From Eledone cirrhosa (lineage: Eukaryota), in assembly GCA_964016885.1 (NCBI GenBank), contig OZ024743.1:180358001-180422000 (forward strand): a stretch of 64,000 bases of DNA, given 5' to 3'. This document shows positions 30,001 to 41,800 of this stretch, one piece after another (within the stretch, counting starts at the first letter, position 1; each line of letters opens with the position of its first letter). Both the position numbers and the translations under genes were made by a program. The notes beneath the pieces were generated by a model. It was not told the DNA's origin. It saw only the letters and a list, made by a program, of their open reading frames with translations, and made no database searches.

Positions 30001-33000
30001 TAGTTCTGTCTATATAGCTAGTTCTGTCTATACAGCTAGTTCTGTCTGTATGGCTAGTTCTGTCTATACAGCTAGTTCTGTCTATACAGCTAGTTCTGTC
30101 TATACAGCTAGTTCTGTCTGTGCGTCTAGTGCTGTCTATACGACTAGTTCTGTCTATACAGCTAGTTCTGTCTATACAGCTAGTTCTGTCTATACAGCTA
30201 GTTCTGTCTATACAGCTAGTTCTGTCTATACAGCTAGTTCTGTCTATACAGCTAGTTCTGTCTATACGACTAGTTCTGTCTATACAGCTAGTTCTGTCTA
30301 TACAGCTAGTTCTATCTATACAGCTAGTTCTGTCTATACAGCTAGTTCTGTCTATACAGCTAGTTCTGTCTATACAGCTAGTTCTGTCTATACAGCTAGT
30401 TCTGTCTATACGACTAGTTCTGTCTATACAGCTAGTTCTGTCTATACAGCTAGTTCTATCTATACAGCTAGTTCTGTCTATACAGCTAGTTCTGTCTATA
30501 CAGCTAGTTCTGTCTATACAGCTAGTTCTGTCTATACAGCTAGTTCTGTCTATACAGCTAGTTCTGTCTATACAGCTAGTTCTGTCTATACAGCTAGTTC
30601 TGTCTATACAGCTAGTTCTGTCTATACAGCTAGTTCTGTCTATACAGCTAGTTCTGTCTATACAGCTAGTTCTGTCTATACAGTTAGTTCTATCTATACA
30701 GCTAGTTCTGTCTATACAGCTAGTTCTGTCTATACAGCTAGTTCTGTCTATACAGCTAGTTCTGTCTATACGACTAGTTCTGTCTATACAGCTAGTTCTA
30801 TCTATACAGCTAGTTCTGTCTATACAGCTAGTTCTGTCTATACAGCTAGTTCTGTCTATACAGCTAGTTCTGTCTATACAGTTAGTTCTGTCTATACAGC
30901 TAGTTCTGTCTATACAGCTAGTTCTGTCTGTACGTCTAGTTCTGTCTATACAGCTAGTTCTGTCTATACGACTAGTTCTGTCTATACAGCCAGTTCTATC
31001 TATACAGTTAGTTCTGTCTATACAGCTAGTTCTGTCTATACAGCTAGTTCTGTCTATACAGCTAGTTCTGTCTATACAGCTAGTTCTGTCTATACAGCTA
31101 GTTCTGTCTATACAGCTAGTTCTGTCTATACATCTAGTTCTGTCTATACAGCTAGTTCTGTCTATACAGTTAGTTCTGTCTCTACAGCTAGTTCTGTCTA
31201 TACAGTTAGTTCTGTCTATACAGTTAGTTCTGTCTATACAGTTAGTTCTGTCTATACGACTAGTTCTGTCTATACAGCTAGTTCTGTCTATACAGCTAGT
31301 TCTGTCTATACAGCTAGTTCTGTCTATACAGCTAGTTCTGTCTATACAGCTAGTTCTGTCTATACAGCTAGTTCTGTCTATACAGCTAGTTCTGTCTATA
31401 CGACTAGTTCTGTCTATACAGCTAGTTCTGTCTATACAGCTAGTTCTATCTATACAGCTAGTTCTGTCTATACAGCTAGTTCTGTCTATACAGCTAGTTC
31501 TGTCTATACAGCTAGTTCTGTCTATACAGCTAGTTCTGTCTATACAGCTAGTTCTGTCTATACAGCTAGTTCTGTCTATACAGCTAGTTCTGTCTATACA
31601 GCTAGTTCTGTCTATACAGCTAGTTCTGTCTATACAGCTAGTTCTGTCTATACAGCTAGTTCTGTCTATACAGTTAGTTCTATCTATACAGCTAGTTCTG
31701 TCTATACAGCTAGTTCTGTCTATACAGCTAGTTCTGTCTATACAGCTAGTTCTGTCTATACGACTAGTTCTGTCTATACAGCTAGTTCTATCTATACAGC
31801 TAGTTCTGTCTATACAGCTAGTTCTGTCTATACAGCTAGTTCTGTCTATACAGCTAGTTCTGTCTATACAGTTAGTTCTGTCTATACAGCTAGTTCTGTC
31901 TATACAGCTAGTTCTGTCTGTACGTCTAGTTCTGTCTATACAGCTAGTTCTGTCTATACGACTAGTTCTGTCTATACAGCTAGTTCTATCTATACAGTTA
32001 GTTCTGTCTATACAGCTAGTTCTGTCTATACAGCTAGTTCTGTCTATACAGCTAGTTCTGTCTATACAGCTAGTTCTGTCTATACAGCTAGTTCTGTCTA
32101 TACAGCTAGTTCTGTCTATACATCTAGTTCTGTCTATACAGCTAGTTCTGTCTATACAGTTAGTTCTGTCTCTACAGCTAGTTCTGTCTATACAGTTAGT
32201 TCTGTCTATACAGTTAGTTCTGTCTATACAGTTAGTTCTGTCTATACGACTAGTTCTGTCTATACAGCTAGTTCTATCTATACAGTTAGTTCTGTCTATA
32301 CAGCTAGTTCTGTCTCTACAGCTAGTTCTGTCTATACAGCTAGTTCTGTCTATACAGCTAGTTCTGTCTATACAGCTAGTTCTGTCAATACGACTAGTTC
32401 TGTCTATACAGCTAGTTCTGTCTATACAGCTAGTTCTGTCTATACAGCTAGTTCTGTCTATACAGCTAGTTCTGTCTATACAGCTAGTTCTGTCTATACA
32501 GTTAGTTCTGTCTATACAGCTAGTTCTGTCTATACAGCTAGTTCTGTCTATACAGCTAGTTCTGTCTATACAGCTAGTTCTGTCTATACAGCTAGTTCTA
32601 TCTATACAGCTAGTTCTGTCTATACAGCTAGTTCTATCTATACAGCTAGTTCTGTCTATACAGCTAGTTCTATCTATACAGCTAGTTCTGTCTATACAGT
32701 TAGTTCTGTCTATACAGCTAGTTCTATCTATACAGCTAGTTCTGTCTATACAGTTAGTTATGTCTATACAGCTAGTTCTGTCTATACAGCTAGTTCTATC
32801 TATACAACTAGTTCTGTCTATACAGCTAGTTATGTCTATACAGCTAGTTCTGTCTATACAGCTAGTTCTGTCTATACAGCTAGTTCTGTCTATACAGCTA
32901 GTTCTGTCTATACAGCTAGTTCTGTCTATACGACTAGTTCTGTCTATACAACTAGTTCTGTCTATACAGCTAGTTCTGTCTATACAGCTAGTTCTGTCGA

Positions 33001-36000
33001 TACAGCTAGTTCTGTCTGTACGACTAGTTCTGTCTATACAGCTAGTTCTGTCTATACAGCTAGTTCTGTCTATACAGCTAGTTCTGTCTATACAGCTAGT
33101 TCTGTCTATACAGCTAGTTCTGTCTATACAGCTAGTTCTATCTATACAGCTAGTTCTGTCTATACAGCTAGTTCTGTCTATACAGCTAGTTCTGTCTATA
33201 CAGCTAGTTCTGTCTATACAGCTAGTTCTGTCTATACAGCTAGTTCTATCTATACAGCTAGTTCTATCTATACAGCTAGTTCTGTCTATACAGCTAGTTC
33301 TGTCTATACAGCTAGTTCTGTCTATACAGCTAGTGCTGTCTATACAGCTAGTTCTGTCTATACAGCTAGTTCTGTCTATACAGCTAGTGCTGTCTATACG
33401 ACTACTTCTGTCTATACAGCTAGTTCTGTCTATACAGCTAGTTCTGTCTATACAGCTAGTTCTGTCTATACAGCTAGTTCTGTCTATACAGCTAGTTCTG
33501 TCTATACAGCTAGTGCTGTCTATACAGCTAGTTCTGTCTATACAGCTAGTTCTGTCTATACAGCTAGTTCTGTCTATACAGCTAGTTCTGTCTATACAGC
33601 TAGTTCTGTCTATACAGCTAGTTCTGTCTATACAGCTAGTTCTGTCTATACAGCTAGTTCTGTCTATACAGCTAGTTCTGTCTATACAGCTAGTTCTGTC
33701 TATACAGCTAGTTCTATCTATACAGCTAGTTCTGTCTATACAGCTAGTTCTGTCTATACAGCTAGTTCTGTCTATACAGCTAGTTCTGTCTATACAGCTA
33801 GTTCTGTCTATACAGCTAGTTCTGTCTATACAGCTAGTTCTGTCTATACAGCTAGTTCTGTCTATACAGCTAGTTCTCTCTATACAGCTAGTTCTGTCTA
33901 TACAGCTAGTTCTATCTATACAGCTAGTTCTGTCTATACAGCTAGTTCTGTCTCTACAGCTAGTTCTGTCTATACAGCTAGTTCTGTCTCTACAGCTAGT
34001 TCTGTCTATACAGCTAGTTCTGTCTCTACAGTTAGTTCTGTCTGTACGTCTAGTTCTGTCTATACAGCTAGTTCTGTCTATACAGTTAGTTCTGTCTATA
34101 CAGCTAGTTCTGTCTATACAGCTAGTTCTATCTATACAGCTAGTTCTGTCTATACGACTAGTTCTGTCTATACAGCTAGTTCTGTCTATACAGCTAGTTC
34201 TGTCTATACAGCTAGTTCTGTCTATACAGCTAGTTCTGTCTATACAGCTAGTTCTATCTATACAGCTAGTTCTGTCTATACAGCTAGTTCTGTCTATACA
34301 GCTAGTTCTGTCTATGGAGCTAGTGCTGTCTATACAACTAGTTCTGTCTATACAGCTAGTTCTGTCTATACAGCTAGTTCTGTCTATACAGCTAGTTCTA
34401 TCTATACAGCTAGTTCTGTCTATACAGCTAGTTCTATCTATACAGCTAGTTCTGTCTATACAGCTAGTTCTGTCTATACAGCTAGTTCTGTCTATACAGC
34501 TAGTTCTGTCTATACGACTAGTTCTGTCTATACAGCTAGTTCTGTCTATACGACTAGTTCTGTCTATACAGCTAGTTCTGTCTATACAGCTAGTTCTATC
34601 TATACAGCTAGTTCTGTCTATACAGCTAGTTCTATCTATACAGCTAGTTCTGTCTATACAGCTAGTTCTGTCTATACAGCTAGTTCTGTCTATACAGCTA
34701 GTTCTGTCTATACAGTTAGTTCTGTCTATACAGCTAGTTCTGTCTATACGACTAGTTCTGTCTATACAGCTAGTTCTGTCTATACGACTAGTTCTGTCTA
34801 TACAGCTAGTTCTGTCTATACAGCTAGTTCTATCTATACAGCTAGTTCTGTCTATACAGCTAGTTCTATCTATACAGCTAGTTCTGTCTATACAGCTAGT
34901 TCTGTCTATACAGCTAGTTCTGTCTATACAGCTAGTTCTGTCTATACAGCTAGTTCTGTCTATACGACTAGTTCTGTCTATACAGCTAGTTCTGTCTATA
35001 CAGCTAGTTCTGTCTATACAGCTAGTTCTGTCTATACAGCTAGTTCTGTCTATACAGCTAGTTCTGTCTATACAGCTAGTTCTGTCTATACAGCTAGTTC
35101 TGTCTATACAGCTAGTTCTGTCTATACAGCTAGTTCTATCTATACAGCTAGTTCTGTCTATACAGCTAGTTCTGTCTATACAGCTAGTTCTGTCTATACA
35201 GCTAGTTCTGTCTCTACAGTTAGTTCTGTCTATACAGCTAGTTCTGTCTATACAGCTAGTTCTGTCTATACAGCTAGTTCTGTCTATACAGCTAGTTCTG
35301 TCTATACAGCTAGTTCTATCTATACAGCTAGTTCTGTCTATACAGCTAGTTCTGTCTATACAGCTAGTTCTGTCTCTACAGTTAGTTCTGTCTATACAGC
35401 TAGTTCTGTCTATACAGCTAGTTCTGTCTATACAGCTAGTTCTGTCTATACAGCTAGTTCTGTCTGTACGTCTAGTTCTGTCTATACAGCTAGTTATGTC
35501 TATACAGCTAGTTCTGTCTATACAGCTAGTTCTGTCTATACAGCTAGTTCTGTCTATACAGCTAGTTCTGTCTGTACGTCTAGTGCTGTCTATACAGCTA
35601 GTTCTGTCTATACAGCTAGTTCTGTCTATACAGCTAGTTCTGTCTATACAGCTAGTTCTGTCTATACAGCTAGTTCTGTCTGTACGTCTAGTGCTGTCTA
35701 TACGTCTAGTTCTGTCTATACAGCTAGTTCTGTCTATACAGCTAGTTCTGTCTATACAGCTAGTTCTGTCTATACAGCTAGTTCTGTCTATACAGCTAGT
35801 TCTGTCTGTACGTCTAGTGCTGTCTATACGTCTAGTTCTGTCTATACAGCTAGTTCTGTCTATACAGCTAGTTCTGTCTATACAGCTAGTTCTGTCTATA
35901 CAGCTAGTTCTATCTATACAGCTAGTTCTGTCTATACAGCTAGTTCTGTCTATACAGCTAGTTCTGTCTCTACAGTTAGTTCTGTCTATACAGCTAGTTC

Positions 36001-38425
36001 TGTCTATACAGCTAGTTCTGTCTATACAGCTAGTTCTGTCTATACAGCTAGTTCTGTCTGTACGTCTAGTTCTGTCTATACAGCTAGTTATGTCTATACA
36101 GCTAGTTCTGTCTATACAGCTAGTTCTGTCTATACAGCTAGTTCTGTCTGTACGTCTAGTGCTGTCTATACAGCTAGTTCTGTCTATACAGCTAGTTCTG
36201 TCTATACAGCTAGTTCTGTCTATACAGCTAGTTCTGTCTATACAGCTAGTTCTGTCTGTACGTCTAGTGCTGTCTATACGTCTAGTTCTGTCTATACAGC
36301 TAGTTCTGTCTATACAGCTAGTTCTGTCTATACGAATAGTTCTGTCTATACAGCTAGTTCTGTCTATACGACTAGTTCTGTCTATACAGCTAGTTCTGTC
36401 TATACAGCTAGTTCTATCTATACAGCTAGTTCTGTCTATACAGCTAGTTCTATCTATACAGCTAGTTCTGTCTATACAGCTAGTTCTGTCTATACAGCTA
36501 GTTCTGTCTATACAGCTAGTTCTGTCTATACAGTTAGTTCTGTCTATACAGCTAGTTCTGTCTATACGACTAGTTCTGTCTATACAGCTAGTTCTGTCTA
36601 TACGACTAGTTCTGTCTATACAGCTAGTTCTGTCTATACAGCTAGTTCTATCTATACAGCTAGTTCTGTCTATACAGCTAGTTCTATCTATACAGCTAGT
36701 TCTGTCTATACAGCTAGTTCTGTCTATACAGCTAGTTCTGTCTATACAGCTAGTTCTGTCTATACAGCTAGTTCTGTCTATACGACTAGTTCTGTCTATA
36801 CAGCTAGTTCTGTCTATACAGCTAGTTCTGTCTATACAGCTAGTTCTGTCTATACAGCTAGTTCTGTCTATACAGCTAGTTCTGTCTATACAGCTAGTTC
36901 TGTCTATACAGCTAGTTCTGTCTATACAGCTAGTTCTGTCTATACAGCTAGTTCTATCTATACAGCTAGTTCTGTCTATACAGCTAGTTCTGTCTATACA
37001 GCTAGTTCTGTCTATACAGCTAGTTCTGTCTCTACAGTTAGTTCTGTCTATACAGCTAGTTCTGTCTATACAGCTAGTTCTGTCTATACAGCTAGTTCTG
37101 TCTATACAGCTAGTTCTGTCTATACAGCTAGTTCTATCTATACAGCTAGTTCTGTCTATACAGCTAGTTCTGTCTATACAGCTAGTTCTGTCTCTACAGT
37201 TAGTTCTGTCTATACAGCTAGTTCTGTCTATACAGCTAGTTCTGTCTATACAGCTAGTTCTGTCTATACAGCTAGTTCTGTCTGTACGTCTAGTTCTGTC
37301 TATACAGCTAGTTATGTCTATACAGCTAGTTCTGTCTATACAGCTAGTTCTGTCTATACAGCTAGTTCTGTCTGTACGTCTAGTGCTGTCTATACAGCTA
37401 GTTCTGTCTATACAGCTAGTTCTGTCTATACAGCTAGTTCTGTCTATACAGCTAGTTCTGTCTATACAGCTAGTTCTGTCTGTACGTCTAGTGCTGTCTA
37501 TACGTCTAGTTCTGTCAATACAGCTAGTTCTGTCTATACAGCTAGTTCTGTCTATACAGCTAGTTCTGTCTATACAGCTAGTTCTGTCTATACAGCTAGT
37601 TCTGTCTGTACGTCTAGTGCTGTCTATACGTCTAGTTCTGTCTATACAGCTAGTTCTGTCTATACAGCTAGTTCTGTCTATACAGCTAGTTCTGTCTATA
37701 CAGCTAGTTCTATCTATACAGCTAGTTCTGTCTATACAGCTAGTTCTGTCTATACAGCTAGTTCTGTCTCTACAGTTAGTTCTGTCTATACAGCTAGTTC
37801 TGTCTATACAGCTAGTTCTGTCTATACAGCTAGTTCTGTCTATACAGCTAGTTCTGTCTGTACGTCTAGTTCTGTCTATACAGCTAGTTATGTCTATACA
37901 GCTAGTTCTGTCTATACAGCTAGTTCTGTCTATACAGCTAGTTCTGTCTGTACGTCTAGTGCTGTCTATACAGCTAGTTCTGTCTATACAGCTAGTTCTG
38001 TCTATACAGCTAGTTCTGTCTATACAGCTAGTTCTGTCTATACAGCTAGTTCTGTCTGTACGTCTAGTGCTGTCTATACGTCTAGTTCTGTCTATACAGC
38101 TAGTTCTGTCTATACAGCTAGTTCTGTCTATACAGCTAGTTCTGTCTATACAGCTAGTTCTGTCTATACAGCTAGTTCTGTCTGTACGTCTAGTGCTGTC
38201 TATACGTCTAGTTCTGTCTATACAGCTAGTTCTGTCTATACAGCTAGTTCTGTCTATACAGCTAGTTCTGTCTATACAGCTAGTTCTGTCTATACAGCTA
38301 GTTCTGTCTATACAGCTAGTTCTGTCTATACAGCTAGTTCTGTCTATACAGCTAGTTCTGTCTATACAGTTAGTTCTGTCTATACGACTCTTTATGTCTG
38401 TATGGCTAGTTCTGTCTATATGGCT
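1..38425. repeat. 18-bp tandem satellite array, consensus TCTGTCTATACAGCTAGT, about 2,135 monomers, truncated by the left window edge
   Basis: Directly visible. The 180-bp (10-monomer) line phase at position 181 is unchanged at 38341, so there is no net indel. Units differ only by substitutions (cgac, cgtc, cagt, caga, tatc, gtgc, tgtatggc, tatggagc, tatgtagc). The last units degenerate at 38388-38425. Confidence 0.99.
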
Positions 38426-38570
38426 TGTGGCTACCGCTCAGCCACAATTCTTTTGTCTTCCACTTCACACACGGTTACCATATACTTGGAACTTAACAAC
38501 TTGGATCCTGCTAGATATTAAAACCCAACTCAAACCATATGACATACAAAAACCCACCCCACCTCATCTG

Positions 38571-38672
38571 TACACACACACACACCCACAGTCACACCCA
38601 CACATACACCAATATATGTAAAAACATAATACACACCTATAACACACATACAAACATACACACATGCACACA
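38571..38672. repeat. CA-rich low-complexity tract
   Basis: tacacacacacacacccacagtcacacccacacatacacc...acacatacaaacatacacacatgcacac. Confidence 0.7.
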
Positions 38673-38869
38673 GTTGCCTTCATGGTTTATGAATAATCTG
38701 CATTGCAGTTTAGACTTCATTTATATTCCAGAATGAAAGGAGACTTAGACGAAATTCCTGCAAGACAACTGGATGGCTATAGGCAGTGGCTCTCCATAAT
38801 AGACCATCATTAATGAACAAATTAAATAATATAAAACCCCAAACGCGTACCATTATATGCATTTTTCGT

Positions 38870-39037
38870 GGAATACAGCTACAGTCCGTTACGTTCTGAG
38901 TTCAAATCACGCCAAGGTTAACTTTGCCTTCATCCTTAAGGGCTCGATAAAATAAAGTACGAGTCACGCAGTGGGATCGAATTAATCGAATTTACCCTCC
39001 CCTAAAATGGTTGACCTTGAGCCAAAGTGAGAAACCT
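38870..39037 (+). mobile_element. tRNA-derived SINE copy (degenerate)
   Basis: B-box-like GAGTTCAAATC, then the family core ttaactttgccttcatcc...cgataaaataaagtac, which recurs more than 10 times in this window. Confidence 0.8.
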
Positions 39038-39049
39038 TTATATGCATTA

Positions 39050-39218
39050 TTCGTGGCATAGAGTTAAGGTCCTTTACGTCTGAATTCAACTCCCGCTTTG
39101 ATTTTCATCATGACGGGGTTGATAAAATAATATACCAGTAACGCACTGGGGCCGATTTCATTGACTATCCCCATCCCCAGAATTGTTGGCCGTGTGCCTA
39201 AATCATAAGTCATTATTA
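39050..39218 (+). mobile_element. tRNA-derived SINE copy (degenerate)
   Basis: gcatagagttaaggtcctttac...gataaaataatataccagtaacgcactgggg...ttggccgtgtgcctaaa matches the copies at 60040-60495. Confidence 0.75.
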
Positions 39219-39756
39219 CAATATGCATTACACTGTAGACTTTGAGCAAGTAAGTGTAAGAACAGACGAGCACGTGTACCTATGGTTTGTAGATATCATA
39301 GCAACACTATAAATCTTGTTAAGAAATGAAAGGACAACTAAAATATATAAATTGGTCAAGAGATAAGAATAAAAGACAGGAAAATGGAAAGTGAATAATT
39401 ATCAATATCCTGAGTATATAGTTAACAAGTTAGAGAAGAAGAACGGTAGAATGGAATTTTTTTAGAAGGTACAGTAATATATTTTGTTACAAAAAGTAAA
39501 AGCTATCCTTATCATAGAGAGTGAACGTGTTCAATTAATGCCTGTTTAGATAATACATTATACTATGAAGAAAAGAATGAAAGAAAGAATTAGGTGTGAA
39601 GAGATAAGAATAAAGATAAGAGTTAGAACGAAGTTGGGCAGAACATTTAGACAGAGCAAAGAAAACCAGGAGGAAAAGAAAGATGGTGAAAATTTGGGGA
39701 GATAGAAAATGTGTAAGTCAGAAGCGTCATCAAAGATTACATGGCAATGGTTTTTT

Positions 39757-39815
39757 CACTCTCTCTCGCTCTCTTTCTCTCTCTTTCTCTGTCTTTCTCT
39801 CTCTCTATCTCTCTT

Positions 39816-39901
<86 letters not shown>

Positions 39902-39905
39902 TATA
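39757..39905. repeat. compound (CT)n-(TA)n microsatellite
   Basis: Directly visible. Confidence 0.95.
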
Positions 39906-39910
39906 AAATT

Positions 39911-40169
39911 ATAAGCTTGAAGCCTCATGGATCGTGCATCGATTACACGAGTACACAAAGTACAAGCGAAACTGTCGACTGTCGGGGCTAGAGGAATACT
40001 GGTAAACATGTATCTATTATTTCTTCAAACTTACATTTTAAACTTAGCTCCGATTAATTAATTATTTAGTTGATTAATTTCTCCGGAATAATAAGAAAAA
40101 TTAGATAAATTTTATCTGCCTATTCTTCAAACTTATAATTTTATATATATATGTATATATCTATCTATC

Positions 40170-40218
<49 letters not shown>

Positions 40219-40468
40219 ATATTAACAAATGGAAACTATATTTATAAAACCATATTTATTTCATTATACATATATTTTATCTGATGAAAGCGCACCATAA
40301 TTTGCCTCGGTGGCCCTTGAAATATGTATAATGAAATAAATATGGTTTTATAAATATAGTTTCCATTTCTTAATATATTGTATATTTACTCCAATAATTT
40401 GTTGAGTCCTTTATATCAGTTATAAAAATATTTTGCTTGTTGTATCCCAACAAATTAAATATAACCTC

Positions 40469-40540
<72 letters not shown>

Positions 40541-40765
40541 TAAGTTTGAAGAATAGGCAGATAAAATTTACCTAATTTTTCTTATTATTCCGGAGAAATT
40601 AATCAACTAAATAATTAATTAATCGGAGCTAAGTTTAAAATGTAAGTTTGAAGAAATAATAGATACATGTTTACCAGTATTCCTCTAGACCCGACAGTCG
40701 ACAGTTTCGCTTGTACTTTGTGTACACGTGTAATCGATGCACGATCCATGACGCTTCAAGCTTAT
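39911..40765. repeat. long inverted repeat: ~230-bp arms (39911-40140 and 40536-40765) enclosing two (TA)n tracts and an inner hairpin
   Basis: ataagcttgaagcctcatggatcgtgc... is the reverse complement of ...gcacgatccatgacgcttcaagcttat, with only a few mismatches seen along the arm. Confidence 0.95.
40273..40338 (+). ncRNA. putative type I hammerhead ribozyme with minimal quasi-palindromic stem III (Penelope/retrozyme style)
   Basis: Stem I is TATTTTAT (40273-80) / ATGAAATA (40331-38) with one G-U pair. Core CTGATGA at 40281-87, stem II aagcgcacc / ggtggccctt, GAAA at 40319-22, stem III A-TATGTA-T, cleavage residue A40330. Confidence 0.7.
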
Positions 40766-40964
40766 CAAGAGACTCCCTCAAGACCGATTTTTTTTCCAAA
40801 GTGATCGCTGCCAGCAACAAATCCGAAAGCGGTGAAAATTATCACGTGCGAGTGGTCAACATAGAAGTGTTGTGAAGGGTAAACTGCTGGCCAGTAAGTT
40901 CATTGCTAGAAGAAGCAGTTAGTTTGAGCCTAATTTTACTCAACCGTAAGGGAGTTAGTACAAA

Positions 40965-41278
40965 GTCAGTGGAAACACATATATATTTAAACATGAGCAT
41001 AGACACATATATGAGTGTAGCCTGTCTTCAGCGGTGTAGCTCAATGAATGAATGAATTAAATAAATAATCATTAATCAGAGCTTATTAATTTCTCCGGAC
41101 TAAGAAGAAACATTAGGTAAATGTTATCTGTCTCTTCTTCAAACTTATAATTTTATATAGTTCTGAGTAATGATTATCTATTTAATTAATTCATTCATTG
41201 AGCCACATCGTTGAAGGTAGGCTACACGCATATATGTATCTATGCTCATGCTTAATATATGTGTCCCTTCTGAACTTA
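40965..41278. repeat. diverged inverted repeat (~115-bp arms) whose spacer copies part of the upstream inverted-repeat arm
   Basis: acacatatatatttaaacatgagcatagacacatatatgagtgtagcct...ctcaatgaatgaat pairs with attcattcattgagcc...aggctacacgcatatatgtatctatgctcatgcttaatatatgtgt. Spacer 41084-41158 resembles 40073-40146. Confidence 0.85.
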
Positions 41279-41289
41279 TATATATACAT

Positions 41290-41370
41290 ACATAGTCTGA
41301 TGAACTAACGATTCTAGAGTCGGGTGCGAACAGTACCTTGATCTGATCCATCGTGAAACGCGCGTGAATA
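41290..41370 (+). ncRNA. degenerate hammerhead-like motif, probably inactive
   Basis: CTGATGA at 41297, partial stem ACGAT/ATCGT, then GAAACGCGCGT (palindromic stem III). The cleavage base is G and stem I does not pair. Confidence 0.35.
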
Positions 41371-41409
41371 AACATAATGCTATATTGATACTTCGTTCCT
41401 GTTACTTAC

Positions 41410-41410
<1 letters not shown>

Positions 41411-41447
<37 letters not shown>

Positions 41448-41464
41448 TAATAATAAATAATAAT
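41411..41464. repeat. (AAT)n microsatellite
   Basis: Directly visible. Confidence 0.95.
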
Positions 41465-41778
41465 TCTTTCTTTTTTAATCACAAGGGTTTACACAAAGTA
41501 GACATTAAGGACAGTACAGGACAATACAGGAGGGTTCAAAAGGGCATTTCTGCGTGTAAAATAACAAGAAACAGAAGATGTAATAATAGAACAATGAAAA
41601 AATTCCCCGATAGGGGGGAGACTTCCGAGGGACATTCGTGGAGAAAGCCCATTAAAAAGCCACAGTGACCCTGACCACCAGGGAAAGTGCCCTCTCCCAG
41701 TTTTCCACCTTTAATTTACAGACACATACTCACAGTAGGCCCATTCACTCGGGCCATTCTTGCCTCTCTCACCCATCT
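41465..41778 (-). mobile_element. short 5'-truncated 3'-end copy of the adjacent L1/Tx1-type LINE
   Basis: Similar to 41803-42118 (cacaagggtttacacaaagtagacattaaggacagtacagg...ccattcttgcctctctcacccatctt); (AAT)n on both sides. Confidence 0.9.
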
Positions 41779-41800
41779 TAATAATAATAATAATAATAAT

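Noticed and set aside
1-38425. CRISPR array or telomeric repeat
   Set aside because: No unique spacers, no cas genes and a eukaryotic context. The unit has no G-rich telomere-like strand.
1026-38621. Giant LSIQLV-repeat ORFs on the + strand (up to 5055 aa)
   Set aside because: Translations of the 18-bp monomer, broken by about 14 CAG>TAG or ATGTAG variants, with no domain content.
39683-40009. ORFs with YIYIYI/SLSL runs (also 55320-55590)
   Set aside because: Microsatellite translations.
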